49,365 nucleotides of DNA from the IMG/VR virus record IMGVR_UViG_3300048848_000232, positions 1 to 49,365 of that record, one strand, 5' to 3'. Positions 9,320 through 18,026 of the stretch are shown piece by piece (the stretch's first letter is position 1; every line of letters begins with the position of its first letter). Under the pieces are notes generated by a model. That model worked only from the letters and a program-made list of their open reading frames with translations, searched no databases and had not been told where the DNA came from. This DNA is from a virus. Its lineage: Duplodnaviria; Caudoviricetes. The position numbers and the translations under genes are program-made.

Positions 9320-9648
9320 GCCCAACGCTCCCGCATCAGGTCGTCCGATCGCTGCTCAGCCTTATGCTCAGCAGCCCGCTCGCGGTCGTCGGCCCAGTCC
9401 CGCATCATGTCGGCCTGAAGCTCGACGTTCAGCGCATCGATCAGGCACGGCGGGCCCAGCTTCCACGGATCGCGACCGGGCATCCGAACGAACACATCGA
9501 CCAGCTCGCAATAGGCGAGTGAACCGGGCCCTTCGCGCGTCTCAAGGTAGCCGGGGATGCGCTCGTAATGGAGGGTGGCTTCGTATTCGACATCGGCGGT
9601 CTCGTGGACGCCTATCCGTATGCTGCTGGCTAGCTTGTGGATGGTCAT
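9316..9648 (-). CDS. Hypothetical phage protein
   Basis: MTIHKLASSIRIGVHE..., coupled. Confidence 0.65.
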   Translation of the reverse strand: MTIHKLASSIRIGVHETADVEYEATLHYERIPGYLETREGPGSLAYCELVDVFVRMPGRDPWKLGPPCLIDALNVELQADMMRDWADDRERAAEHKAEQRSDDLMRERWA

Positions 9649-9896
9649 GGCTGCACCTCGCCACGTGGATCCACAGCGGTAAGGCTGGCGACTTTGCGCA
9701 AACCCGCGCTGATATGCGCGTTCATGAGATACCCGCATTGCGTCGGCGTCTGGTTGTTACCGAACCACACAGCTTTTGCCTTTTCCAAGGCAGCAACAGC
9801 TACGGCCAATGCTTCACGCAGCCGCTCGATCTCCTTCTCCCCACTCTCGTGGACGCCGATGCGGATGCTGGAGGGGAGGGGGTGGGTCTGGGTCAT
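9645..9896 (-). CDS. Hypothetical phage protein
   Basis: MTQTHPLPSSIRIGVHE..., coupled. Confidence 0.6.
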   Translation of the reverse strand: MTQTHPLPSSIRIGVHESGEKEIERLREALAVAVAALEKAKAVWFGNNQTPTQCGYLMNAHISAGLRKVASLTAVDPRGEVQP

Positions 9897-10198
9897 GACT
9901 GAAGCTCCATCTCAGCCAGCGCCTTTTGCGACAGCGCGGCGATCTTGGACTTTGCGTTGGCGACGTGCGCCTCGACGATCGGAACAGCGAGCGCCCACGA
10001 GACCTGATACATCGTGCGGCTGGACTCGCTCGACGGGACGCCAAGCGTGAGACCGTCTTGGCGGCGTCCGAAGGCGTCGCGAATATCGGGTGCTACGTGG
10101 CGGTCTTTCGCCGCTGCCAGCTCGACCAGCAGCTTCTCGCCGGCATCGACTTCCCGGTACGCAAACGCGATGTCTCGCGCGGTTTCGAAGGCGATCAT
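9893..10198 (-). CDS. Hypothetical phage protein
   Basis: 101 aa, coupled. Confidence 0.65.
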   Translation of the reverse strand: MIAFETARDIAFAYREVDAGEKLLVELAAAKDRHVAPDIRDAFGRRQDGLTLGVPSSESSRTMYQVSWALAVPIVEAHVANAKSKIAALSQKALAEMELQS

Positions 10199-10344
10199 GC
10201 CGACGCCTCGACAACATCAGCGATGTTGAACCATGCGCCATCTTCCGCGCGCATCACGCAGTCGTCGTCGATCCCGGCAATTTCAAATACTGTGCCGCTG
10301 GTGATGATCTCGACCAGTTGGCCTAATTTCGGTTCGGTAGCCAT
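10195..10344 (-). CDS. First gene of the PL operon (49 aa)
   Basis: MATEPKLGQLVEII... with GGAGG RBS downstream of PL. Confidence 0.6.
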   Translation of the reverse strand: MATEPKLGQLVEIITSGTVFEIAGIDDDCVMRAEDGAWFNIADVVEASA

Positions 10345-10393
10345 GTTGACCTCCGAGGCGGCGGGACCAATTCCCTATCGCCTTCTGAGGTCT

Positions 10394-10445
10394 GTTATGT
10401 GGGGTGCGCCCTACGTTGTCAAACGATAAGTAGGGGAAACCCTAT
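10394..10445 (-). promoter_or_regulatory. PL promoter with operators OL (10399-10414, 10430-10445)
   Basis: Minus-strand TTGACA-N17-CATAAC; palindromes GTGGGG-N4-CCCTAC and GTAGGG-N4-CCCTAT. Confidence 0.8.
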
Positions 10446-10448
10446 TTT

Positions 10449-10838
10449 TTATTCGTCGTCGTAGATCGGGTCCGGCCAAAAGCCGTCCGCCCCGGGTGCA
10501 GGCTCGTTTGATGGGGCAGGGGGTAGCACCGGCTCTGCGCCGTCGAACGCCACGCGTATCCAGCCGACCTTTGGCTCTAGCGCTTGGAAGATAGCCTTGG
10601 CGTCGTGGCCTTGCCTGCGCAGGGTGCCGATAAAGACGGCGCGCTCGGACGCCAGATAGCCGAGCTGGATGCCACGGCAGGAGAACACCGCGATGGCGTG
10701 TTCGTCGTATTTGTTGTTGGGCTCGGGCCGCAGCTCGATCGGCTCGCCAGGGCGGCAAATCTCAAGCTCGAAACGACGGGCAGGGCCGCGCTTGTTAGGA
10801 TAGTCGATGCCGACGATAGCGAGACTGAGCGGCTTCAC
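10449..10838 (-). CDS. Stand-alone HIRAN domain protein
   Basis: IVGIDY...LRPEPNNKYDEHAIAV...LGYL is the HIRAN signature. Confidence 0.85.
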   Translation of the reverse strand: MKPLSLAIVGIDYPNKRGPARRFELEICRPGEPIELRPEPNNKYDEHAIAVFSCRGIQLGYLASERAVFIGTLRRQGHDAKAIFQALEPKVGWIRVAFDGAEPVLPPAPSNEPAPGADGFWPDPIYDDE

Positions 10839-11260
10839 TTCTTGGCGGGAGGAAGCCGGTTCAGGATTTCGTCGAACTTCTGATCTTGGATGCGATCGCG
10901 CTCGCGCTGCTGTTCTGCATATGGGGAAAGCGCGCTACCGGCGGATACGCCGGCATCAAACCGGTCACCGCCGAAAGCTACGAGTGCGAGCAGAACGCCC
11001 AATATCGAGACGATCGCCGTCGCCGCCGCGCCCCATACAGTGTTCTTGGTAGCAAAATCCTTTAGGTCGCCGCGCAGCTCGGCAAACTTTGTGTCAGTCC
11101 GGGCTTCCGAGGCGGAGATTTTCGCGTCAACGGTGTCCATAGGGGGTAATGTGCCCCCTCCTTCACCGAACCGCAAGGATGTCACTTCCTCGGTGAGCAA
11201 TCTGTTTTGCTCCCGGAGGTTACGCACGGCCGCTAATTGATCAATCGACTCATTGGCCAT
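10835..11260 (-). CDS. Coiled-coil plus single-TM membrane protein
   Basis: Hydrophobic stretch VWGAAATAIVSILGVLLALVAF. Confidence 0.7.
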   Translation of the reverse strand: MANESIDQLAAVRNLREQNRLLTEEVTSLRFGEGGGTLPPMDTVDAKISASEARTDTKFAELRGDLKDFATKNTVWGAAATAIVSILGVLLALVAFGGDRFDAGVSAGSALSPYAEQQRERDRIQDQKFDEILNRLPPAKK

Positions 11261-11477
11261 TTTCGCGGCCTCCGATTTCGTAAATCAGTTTATTCAGCAC
11301 ATCGTCAGCCATCGACCACTCGTTAAGCGCGGCATTGGCGGCTTCAATATCGCCCCGGCGCTGCGCCAACATAGCCCTCGCCAGCGCCGACGCTACAGCG
11401 CGTGTAAATACCATGGCTCGAACGACATCGCCCTTTGTCGCTGGCTTTGACCAGTCGGGAAACGGATCATCAGCCAT
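11250..11477 (-). CDS. Small hypothetical protein coupled to cI
   Basis: 75 aa; TAATG overlap with the cI stop. Confidence 0.65.
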   Translation of the reverse strand: MADDPFPDWSKPATKGDVVRAMVFTRAVASALARAMLAQRRGDIEAANAALNEWSMADDVLNKLIYEIGGRENGQ

Positions 11478-12199
11478 TATGCTTCCCGTCCTATCCAGAT
11501 AACCCGCCCCAATATGATCAGGTCTGCGGAGTCTACCTCGCGATTACCTGCGATTGGGTTATCAGACCGCACCTCGACCTTGTCCTTGCCGATAGCCTTC
11601 AGGCGCTTCACCGCGCCGGCGCCGTAGACGCTGCAAGCCCATATCTTATCGTCTAGGTTCAACACCCGCTGCGTCGTGTCGATCAGCACCCAGTCACCGT
11701 TCAGCAGAGTCGGAAACATGCTGTCGCCGCGCGGGCGCACAACGATGACGCGCGCGGCCGGCGAACGCGTGATTGAACGCAATAGGTTTAGATCGAACTC
11801 GACCGATTCCTCGTCTGCCCAATCGTCCAGGTTGCCGCCATCGCCCATAGCCAGGTTTAGATCGACAACCTTGAGGCTTACCGTGCCTTCGTCAGCCTTC
11901 CGCATCATTGGTTGATCGGCTTCCGGCGGGCGCTGCGCTGGTGGCTTCGCAGCCGGAGACGCGCGCGGGTGGACGAAGTCGACCAAGTAATCTGGATCGT
12001 ACCCTAAAGCCTCTTCCATCGCACGCAGTACCCGCGGACTTGGCTTCTGCACCTTGCCGCGCTCAACATCCCAAAGCGGCTTACCCGTCGTTTCCAGCGT
12101 CTTTCTAAGGATGCTGTCGTAGTGGTCCCGCGGCTTATCGAGCTGCGCAATTCGCGCCGCTAGCAGGTTTTGGAGAGGTGATCGGCCGTCTTCTGACAT
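11477..12199 (-). CDS. cI: CI-like repressor with S24 autopeptidase domain
   Basis: N-terminal HTH-like region, AMGDG cleavage-site region, GDSMFPTL (Ser), VKRL (Lys); divergent from cro. Start taken at MSEDG, next to OR3. Confidence 0.9.
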   Translation of the reverse strand: MSEDGRSPLQNLLAARIAQLDKPRDHYDSILRKTLETTGKPLWDVERGKVQKPSPRVLRAMEEALGYDPDYLVDFVHPRASPAAKPPAQRPPEADQPMMRKADEGTVSLKVVDLNLAMGDGGNLDDWADEESVEFDLNLLRSITRSPAARVIVVRPRGDSMFPTLLNGDWVLIDTTQRVLNLDDKIWACSVYGAGAVKRLKAIGKDKVEVRSDNPIAGNREVDSADLIILGRVIWIGREA

Positions 12200-12290
12200 G
12201 TGGGCTATGTCCCACTTACTGCCGCAGGTGAAAAGACTAGGGTTTCCCCTACCGATTGATGTTGACGGTAGGGCGGACCCTACGTACATT
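12200..12290 (+). promoter_or_regulatory. OR operators (12200-12215, 12237-12252, 12268-12283) and PR promoter
   Basis: GTGGGC-N4-TCCCAC, CTAGGG-N4-CCCTAC, GTAGGG-N4-CCCTAC; TTGACG-N17-TACATT. Confidence 0.85.
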
Positions 12291-12298
12291 GCATTACC

Positions 12299-12511
12299 AT
12301 GGAGAACACCGGTCACACCTTAATCGCCGCGATCGACGCGTTTCTAAAGGAACGCTCGCTTTCGCATGTGTCTTTCGGGCGCGCTGCCATGAACGATCCG
12401 CACTTTGTGCGCGACCTGCGCAAAGGCAGGCGGGTCTGGCCCGAGACCGAGGCGAAGGTCCGCAACTTTATGGCTGAGTACCAGCCAGCTGAGCAGCAGG
12501 CGGCGGCATGA
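12299..12511 (+). CDS. cro: Cro-like small HTH regulator
   Basis: 70 aa (SFGRAAMNDPHFVRDLRKGR), divergent from cI. Confidence 0.8.
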   Translation: MENTGHTLIAAIDAFLKERSLSHVSFGRAAMNDPHFVRDLRKGRRVWPETEAKVRNFMAEYQPAEQQAAA

Positions 12512-12690
12512 AGTCCGCGTTGTTCTACGCAGGCTTGATCCTGTGGGTAGTCGCCGCCTTCGTCACGGTGTCGGTTCTGGTCGATCTTCACGCGACGATC
12601 CATGCCGTGCGGGAATACTCCGAAACGCATTGCCCCGCCGCTTCCGAAGCCCTCCCTCCCGTCCCGTCACATTCGTTGGGACAGGGTTGA
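12508..12690 (+). CDS. Small membrane protein
   Basis: N-terminal hydrophobic helix; coupled. Confidence 0.55.
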   Translation: MKSALFYAGLILWVVAAFVTVSVLVDLHATIHAVREYSETHCPAASEALPPVPSHSLGQG

Positions 12691-13439
12691 TGGGGACGCA
12701 GCCGTACAAACTGCTCGACCTGTTCAGCGGGATCGGCGGTTTCAGCCTCGGGCTGGAGCGCACGGGCGGTTTCGAGACCGTCGCGTTCTGCGAATTTGAC
12801 AAGGAGGCCAGCGCCACGCTCGCGGCCCGCAACCCGGGTGTCCCGATCTATGATGATGTTCGAACACTTACCGCAGACGGACTCCGAGCTGACGGGATTT
12901 TCCCTAATGCAATCTGCGGAGGATTCCCCTGCCAAGACGTTAGTCTCGCTGGCGGTGGAAAAGGTCTTGACGGCGCACGAAGCGGGTTGTGGTTCCACTA
13001 CGCCCGCTTGGTTAGCGAGCTTCGACCCGAACTCATCTTCGTGGAGAACGTCGCAGCTTTGCTTGGAAGGGGGCTCGGAAGAGTTCTCGGAAGCCTGGCC
13101 TCGCTCGGGTATGATGCGGAGTGGCACTGCATACCGGCTTCCTACGCTGGTGCCCGACAACTTCGGGACCGAGTGTGGGTTGTGGCCTACCCCCAACGCG
13201 ACGGCGTTCAAGGGCGGAAGAACGTCACCCAGGCGTGGTGTTCGCAATCCCGAGCGGAACAACTGGCAGGACTGGTGCAGCCTTGTGCTTGGCCAACGGT
13301 ATCCGGTGCCCGAAACCGCGGAACAGGTCATGGGATTCCCCGAGGGATACACCGCAATAAGCAGCTCGGTAACGCCGTAGTCCCGCAGGTCCCTGAAGTT
13401 CTCGGTCATGCCGTCCTCGCTTCTGGCGTCGGTCGATGA
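12690..13439 (+). CDS. DNA (cytosine-5) methyltransferase, large subunit
   Basis: LDLFSGIGG (I), GGFPCQD (IV), ENV (VI), RDRVW (VIII), LGNAVVP (X); no motif IX in this frame. Confidence 0.92.
   Translation: MGTQPYKLLDLFSGIGGFSLGLERTGGFETVAFCEFDKEASATLAARNPGVPIYDDVRTLTADGLRADGIFPNAICGGFPCQDVSLAGGGKGLDGARSGLWFHYARLVSELRPELIFVENVAALLGRGLGRVLGSLASLGYDAEWHCIPASYAGARQLRDRVWVVAYPQRDGVQGRKNVTQAWCSQSRAEQLAGLVQPCAWPTVSGARNRGTGHGIPRGIHRNKQLGNAVVPQVPEVLGHAVLASGVGR
12850..13380 (+). CDS. Nested out-of-frame C5-MTase small (beta-like) subunit
   Basis: Open +1 frame ending LWPTP...PETAEQVMGFPEGYT, resembling motif IX; start codon uncertain. Confidence 0.7.
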   Translation: MMMFEHLPQTDSELTGFSLMQSAEDSPAKTLVSLAVEKVLTAHEAGCGSTTPAWLASFDPNSSSWRTSQLCLEGGSEEFSEAWPRSGMMRSGTAYRLPTLVPDNFGTECGLWPTPNATAFKGGRTSPRRGVRNPERNNWQDWCSLVLGQRYPVPETAEQVMGFPEGYTAISSSVTP

Positions 13440-13702
13440 ACACGCCCCAGATCATCGCCGCCCTGTCGCGCGCCTTCCACCAGCCCGCTGTCGTCGCGAA
13501 CCCTTGCGAGGTCATCACCGCCTGCTCGGTCTGCGGGCGCACCTCCGCTTGGTGCACCTGCATCGGGACCTACGCCTTCCCACGAGCTGGCGAGGGCGAG
13601 CAGCAGGGCGCGGCACACGGCGACGCGGAACTCGACGGGGCCGCACTGCCAGCGGGGATGATCCTGAATTTCCATGAACGGAGCAATACCGATGTCGGAT
13701 AA
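13436..13702 (+). CDS. Hypothetical Cys-rich protein
   Basis: 88 aa, coupled; CSVC...CTC. Confidence 0.55.
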   Translation: MNTPQIIAALSRAFHQPAVVANPCEVITACSVCGRTSAWCTCIGTYAFPRAGEGEQQGAAHGDAELDGAALPAGMILNFHERSNTDVG

Positions 13703-14144
13703 GGCAATCTCCCCGCTGCATCGCACCATATCGGCTTCAAAGCTTGTCGAGACGATCGGCGAGAGTCTGACGACGATCAAGGCGCAAGACGGTTTGACCG
13801 ATGCCGAGCTGGGCAAGTTTCTCCACAAGGGGGTAGACGCCGGCAAGGCCTACCGCACCGGTTATGCCGAGATGCCCGTCACCTCGTTCCTTCGCGGCTG
13901 CGAACGCTGGAACGGTCGTTTCGCCAATGATGCCCTTTCACTGATCGGCATGAAGCTGGTCCCGCTCGCCGCTGGCGATGTGAGCGATCAGGCTTTGTCG
14001 ACGCGGCTGTGCAAGCTGATGCTCGAAGTGTCGATCGCGCTTGAGGACGGCGTGATCGATGATGTCGAGGTGGCCCGCATGAAACGCACGCTGATTGAGG
14101 CGGGCGAGGCGATCGACTCCATGCGGGGGAGGCTTTCGGCATGA
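13692..14144 (+). CDS. Phage regulatory protein (CII-like position, HTH-like)
   Basis: LTDAELGKFLHKGVDAGKAY helix pattern and C-terminal ALEDGVIDDVE, typical of CII/YmfL-like regulators. Confidence 0.55.
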   Translation: MSDKAISPLHRTISASKLVETIGESLTTIKAQDGLTDAELGKFLHKGVDAGKAYRTGYAEMPVTSFLRGCERWNGRFANDALSLIGMKLVPLAAGDVSDQALSTRLCKLMLEVSIALEDGVIDDVEVARMKRTLIEAGEAIDSMRGRLSA

Positions 14145-14299
14145 TCCCCGAGATCGCAGCCGTCCTATCCGGACCGCGCAAGCTGACGCTTCTTCGCGAC
14201 GGCAATACCGCTTTCGTCGAGGTCGAGCCGTTGCGATTCTTCCCGGTCATGTCGCTTGATCGTCGACGGCCGCAGCGTGTCGCGAGGCGGGCACGATGA
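14141..14299 (+). CDS. Small hypothetical protein
   Basis: ATGA-coupled 52 aa ORF. Confidence 0.45.
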   Translation: MIPEIAAVLSGPRKLTLLRDGNTAFVEVEPLRFFPVMSLDRRRPQRVARRAR

Positions 14300-14442
14300 G
14301 CGACCTGTATCGCCAGTGGCAAAACGAGAACCAGGCCGCAGCACGTCGCCAGCTTTACCGGTCAGATCCGGTTTGGCGGCTGACGAAGCTTAAGGCCAAT
14401 TGGGAACGCCGGGAGCGGATGCGTCGGGGTGTTGCTGCATGA
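14296..14442 (+). CDS. Small hypothetical protein
   Basis: ATGA-coupled 48 aa ORF MSDLYRQWQ... Confidence 0.5.
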   Translation: MSDLYRQWQNENQAAARRQLYRSDPVWRLTKLKANWERRERMRRGVAA

Positions 14443-14843
14443 TCGAGCTTCCGTATCCCCACAAGGCGCTGTGGCCCAACGGTCGCGCCCACCACATGGC
14501 AAAGAGCCGTGAGGTGAAGAAGCATCGGCAGTGGGCCCGCTATGCCACGCTCGCCGATAATGCTCGCCCGGAGACACTGCGCCGGCTGGTCGTGACCGTT
14601 TATCCGAAGCCGCGTGGCCCGTTGCCTGATGAGGACAACACGTCCGCCGCGGTTAAGGCTTACCAGGACGGTATCGCAGACGCTTACGGCATCGATGATC
14701 GCACGCTTGGCCAGCCCCGGATTCAGTTCGGCGAGCGCTGCGCAGAGGGAAAGTTCGTCATCGATTTCTCCGATGATGCGCGCCCTATCGGCGAGATCAT
14801 CGAACCGATCATCGCCCGTCTAGCGACGCAGGTGGTCGCATGA
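14439..14843 (+). CDS. RusA-like Holliday junction resolvase
   Basis: IELPYP...PN...DEDN...KAYQDGIADAYGIDD pattern. Confidence 0.75.
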   Translation: MIELPYPHKALWPNGRAHHMAKSREVKKHRQWARYATLADNARPETLRRLVVTVYPKPRGPLPDEDNTSAAVKAYQDGIADAYGIDDRTLGQPRIQFGERCAEGKFVIDFSDDARPIGEIIEPIIARLATQVVA

Positions 14844-15601
14844 CGGCGGTAACTGCCAAATTTCACCCTGTTCAAAAGGACGGGCGGACCGATCGCTTCG
14901 TGGAAGTCGCGATCAAAGCCCGCCCTCACAATCGTCAAGGAAGGACGATCGCTATGCACAAAATACACGACGCCCGTATTCCGTTCAATCCGCTTTCTCA
15001 TGTGTGGGGAGCGGAGCATCGCTCGCGCCGGCGCTGGATGAAGCGCCAACGCAATTTCCGCCACACGATCACGCATTGCGAGGCGCTGATCTACCGGCGT
15101 GCCGTCAAGAACAGCCGTCGCGTCACCATGACCAAGAGCATGCGGGCGGCGCTCGCGAAGTTGGTAAACCTGTCGTTGTATCACGGCCCGGACCGCGCGC
15201 TTCGCCTTAGCCTCCAAGGCATCGCCGATAAGGTCGGGCTATCGCTTTCGACCGCTCGCAAGGCCGTCCGTTGGTTCCAGTCGAAGGGCTGGGTTCATGC
15301 TCGGCAGGATGGAACGGGGCGCGGGCACACGACTGCCTACGTTGTCGATCTGGGTGCCGTCCTTGGAGATTTGGACCCCGGCGCGGCTGTCACAAACGGC
15401 GCTGAGTTCGTGACGATCGACGGCGAAACCGGGCAAAATAAAGGGTGTAATTTCGCCTCGCCCATAAAGAGAACTAATAATCATGCTCGGTGGGCTTTCC
15501 GGGTCGATGGTGATCGGTCGCTCGGTTTCCTCGAAGGTTTGGCGCTGCGATTGGCCGCACGGGTCGGTCGATGGGCGGGCTTGGCGGGGAGGGCTGCGTG
15601 A
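14840..15601 (+). CDS. Winged-HTH replication initiator-like protein
   Basis: SLQGIADKVGLSLSTARKAVRWFQSKGWV HTH, upstream of the helicase; AT-rich patch near 15435-15483. Confidence 0.6.
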   Translation: MTAVTAKFHPVQKDGRTDRFVEVAIKARPHNRQGRTIAMHKIHDARIPFNPLSHVWGAEHRSRRRWMKRQRNFRHTITHCEALIYRRAVKNSRRVTMTKSMRAALAKLVNLSLYHGPDRALRLSLQGIADKVGLSLSTARKAVRWFQSKGWVHARQDGTGRGHTTAYVVDLGAVLGDLDPGAAVTNGAEFVTIDGETGQNKGCNFASPIKRTNNHARWAFRVDGDRSLGFLEGLALRLAARVGRWAGLAGRAA

Positions 15602-17124
15602 TGGCAACCGCTCTGCAAGGAACGCCTGCTGGCTGGGGCTTCTTCGCCCCGACCTTCGAACCGAAGCCGCTTAGGGCACACCAGTCTGCCGCGATCTCGA
15701 TGCTTCGCCGCTCGCTGATCGCAGGCAACCGCCGCGTGGTGCTCCAGCTGCCGACCGGTGCCGGCAAGACGCGGACCGCAGCCGAGTTGATCTCGGGAGC
15801 GCTCGCGAAGGGCAAGCGGGTGGCGTTCACCGTCCCGGCAATCTCGCTGATCAACCAGACGGTCGAGGCCTTCGAGGCTGAGGGCATCGACGCGATCGGC
15901 GTGATGCAGGCAGGGCATAGCCGCACGAACCGCGCCATGCCGGTGCAGGTCGTTTCGGTGCAAACGCTCGCCCGCCGCGCCCGCCCTGACGTGGACATGG
16001 TCATCGTTGACGAGTGCCATAATCAGTTCAAGCAGATCTCCGACTGGATGGCCGAAGACGAGCGCAGGGTATTCATCGGGCTGTCGGCTACGCCCTGGGC
16101 TCGCGGCATGAGCGATGACTGGTCGGACCTGATCATCCCTGTGACGATGCAGGAGTTGATCGACGCGGGGTTCCTGTCGCCGTTCAAGGTGTTCGCCCCC
16201 AGCACTCCCGACCTCTCAGGCGTCAAGATTGCCAAGACTGGCGATTACGAGACCGCGCCGCTGTCCGAGGTGATGAGCAACCGCACGCTGATCGCGGACG
16301 TGGTGCAATCGTGGAAGACGTTCGGGCAGGGCCTGCCGACGCTGGTGTTCGCGGTCGATCGCGCCCACGCCCGCACCTTGCAGCAGCAGTTCGGCGACGC
16401 CGGTATCCGCATGGGGTACTGCGATGCCGAGGTCGACGTGATCGAGCGTCAGATGCTGTTCTCGCAGATGAAACGCGGCGAGCTGGCGGGCATCGTCAAC
16501 ATCGGCACCCTGACGACCGGCGTCGATGCCGACGTGCGCTGCATCGTTCTCGCGCGGCCTACCAAGTCTGAGATGCTGTTCGTGCAGATGATCGGCCGCG
16601 CGCTCCGCACCGCCCCAGGCAAAGAACATGCGGTGATCCTGGATCACGCGGACAATCACCACCGGCTCGGGTTTGTGACGGACATCAGCCACGGTCGTCT
16701 GCTGTCGGGCAAGGAGAAGGCGCACACGACGCTCGCCGATAAGGGCGCCGCCACCCCGAAAGCTTGCTCGTCATGCAAGGTGATGAAGCCTGCTGGTGTC
16801 CACGCCTGCCCGTCGTGCGGGTTCAAGCCCGAGCATCAGGTCAAGGCCGCTGAGGTCGAGGTGCAGGAAGGCCACTTGGTCGAGTTCAACGCCAAGGCCG
16901 TGAAGCACGATCGCGCCGAAAAGCAGAAGTTCTGGTCGATGGCTAACCATGTCGATCAGCAGCGCGGCAAGGGCGGCAGTCTCGCCAAGGCTCTGTACCG
17001 CGGTAAGTTCGGTGTCTGGCCGCAGGGCTTGGACGCTTCCCCGATCCCGCCAGACGGCGCGTTCCTGTCCTACGAGCACTCGCGCCGCATTGCCTACGCC
17101 AAAGGCAAGGGGAAGACGCGATGA
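15601..17124 (+). CDS. SF2 DEAD/DEAH helicase with C-terminal Zn ribbon
   Basis: PTGAGKT, DECH, SAT, QMIGRALR, CSSC...CPSC. Confidence 0.92.
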   Translation: MATALQGTPAGWGFFAPTFEPKPLRAHQSAAISMLRRSLIAGNRRVVLQLPTGAGKTRTAAELISGALAKGKRVAFTVPAISLINQTVEAFEAEGIDAIGVMQAGHSRTNRAMPVQVVSVQTLARRARPDVDMVIVDECHNQFKQISDWMAEDERRVFIGLSATPWARGMSDDWSDLIIPVTMQELIDAGFLSPFKVFAPSTPDLSGVKIAKTGDYETAPLSEVMSNRTLIADVVQSWKTFGQGLPTLVFAVDRAHARTLQQQFGDAGIRMGYCDAEVDVIERQMLFSQMKRGELAGIVNIGTLTTGVDADVRCIVLARPTKSEMLFVQMIGRALRTAPGKEHAVILDHADNHHRLGFVTDISHGRLLSGKEKAHTTLADKGAATPKACSSCKVMKPAGVHACPSCGFKPEHQVKAAEVEVQEGHLVEFNAKAVKHDRAEKQKFWSMANHVDQQRGKGGSLAKALYRGKFGVWPQGLDASPIPPDGAFLSYEHSRRIAYAKGKGKTR

Positions 17125-18026
17125 CCCGCACCGTCGATATGGCCCGCAACAAGTGGAAGGGCATCTTGCTCCAGCTCGGGGTCGACCGTTCGTTCCTCTC
17201 GGGGAAGCACGGCCCATGCCCGATGTGCGAGGGAACCGACCGGTTCCGTTTCGACGACAAGGGCGGGAATGGCACCTACTTTTGCAGCGGTTGCGGCGCG
17301 GGTAGCGGGTTCGACCTGCTACAGAAGATCAAGGGTTGGGACTTCAAGACCGCCGCGCATGAAGTCGACAAGATCGTCAAGCATGTGCCGCTGACGAAGG
17401 CGAAGGCTGGTCTAAGCCCTGAGCGCCAGGTCGAGGCATTGCGCGAGCTATGGGCGCGCGGCGTGCCAATCACCGGGGAGGATCCGGCATCGCGCTACCT
17501 GATCGGCCGCAACGTGCCACTGCCGCAAAACCGGTTGTGCCTGCGCTATGCCGACAAGTGCTTCGTCCCGGGTGGCGGTGTCCTGCCGGCGATGATCGCG
17601 CTCGTATCGGCACCGGATGGCAAGGCTGCAACGATCCACCGCACTTTCCTTGGCCCGAACGGCAAAGCGGACATTGAAAACCCGCGTGCCGCCATGCCGG
17701 GGGAGATACCTGCCGGCGCTGCGATCCGCCTGTCGATGCACGGCGATCGTCTCGGGATAGCCGAGGGTATCGAGACCGCGCTGAAAGCCAGCGAGCGGTT
17801 CGGCATGCCAGTTTGGGCCGCGATCAATTCGACGATGCTCGCGAAGTGGCAACCGCCCGAGGAAGTCCGCGACATCATCGTGTTCGGCGACAACGATCCG
17901 AAGTTCGGGGGGGCTGCGGCTGCGTACGCTTTGGCCCATCGGCTCGCCTGCCAACCGGGACTGCGCGTGGACGTGGCGATCCCGAGCGCAAAGGGCCGCG
18001 ATTGGGCGGACGCAGATGCAGCATGA
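17121..18026 (+). CDS. Primase-like protein (P4-type Zn finger plus TOPRIM)
   Basis: HGPCPMCEGTDRFRFDD...CSGC; AEGIETAL; GDND. Confidence 0.88.
   Translation: MTRTVDMARNKWKGILLQLGVDRSFLSGKHGPCPMCEGTDRFRFDDKGGNGTYFCSGCGAGSGFDLLQKIKGWDFKTAAHEVDKIVKHVPLTKAKAGLSPERQVEALRELWARGVPITGEDPASRYLIGRNVPLPQNRLCLRYADKCFVPGGGVLPAMIALVSAPDGKAATIHRTFLGPNGKADIENPRAAMPGEIPAGAAIRLSMHGDRLGIAEGIETALKASERFGMPVWAAINSTMLAKWQPPEEVRDIIVFGDNDPKFGGAAAAYALAHRLACQPGLRVDVAIPSAKGRDWADADAA

Noticed and set aside
12405-12689. N-terminal extension of the C5 MTase, and of cI to 12316
   Set aside because: The extensions overlap cro, the operators and a coupled small gene; motif I and the operator positions support starts at 12690 and 12199
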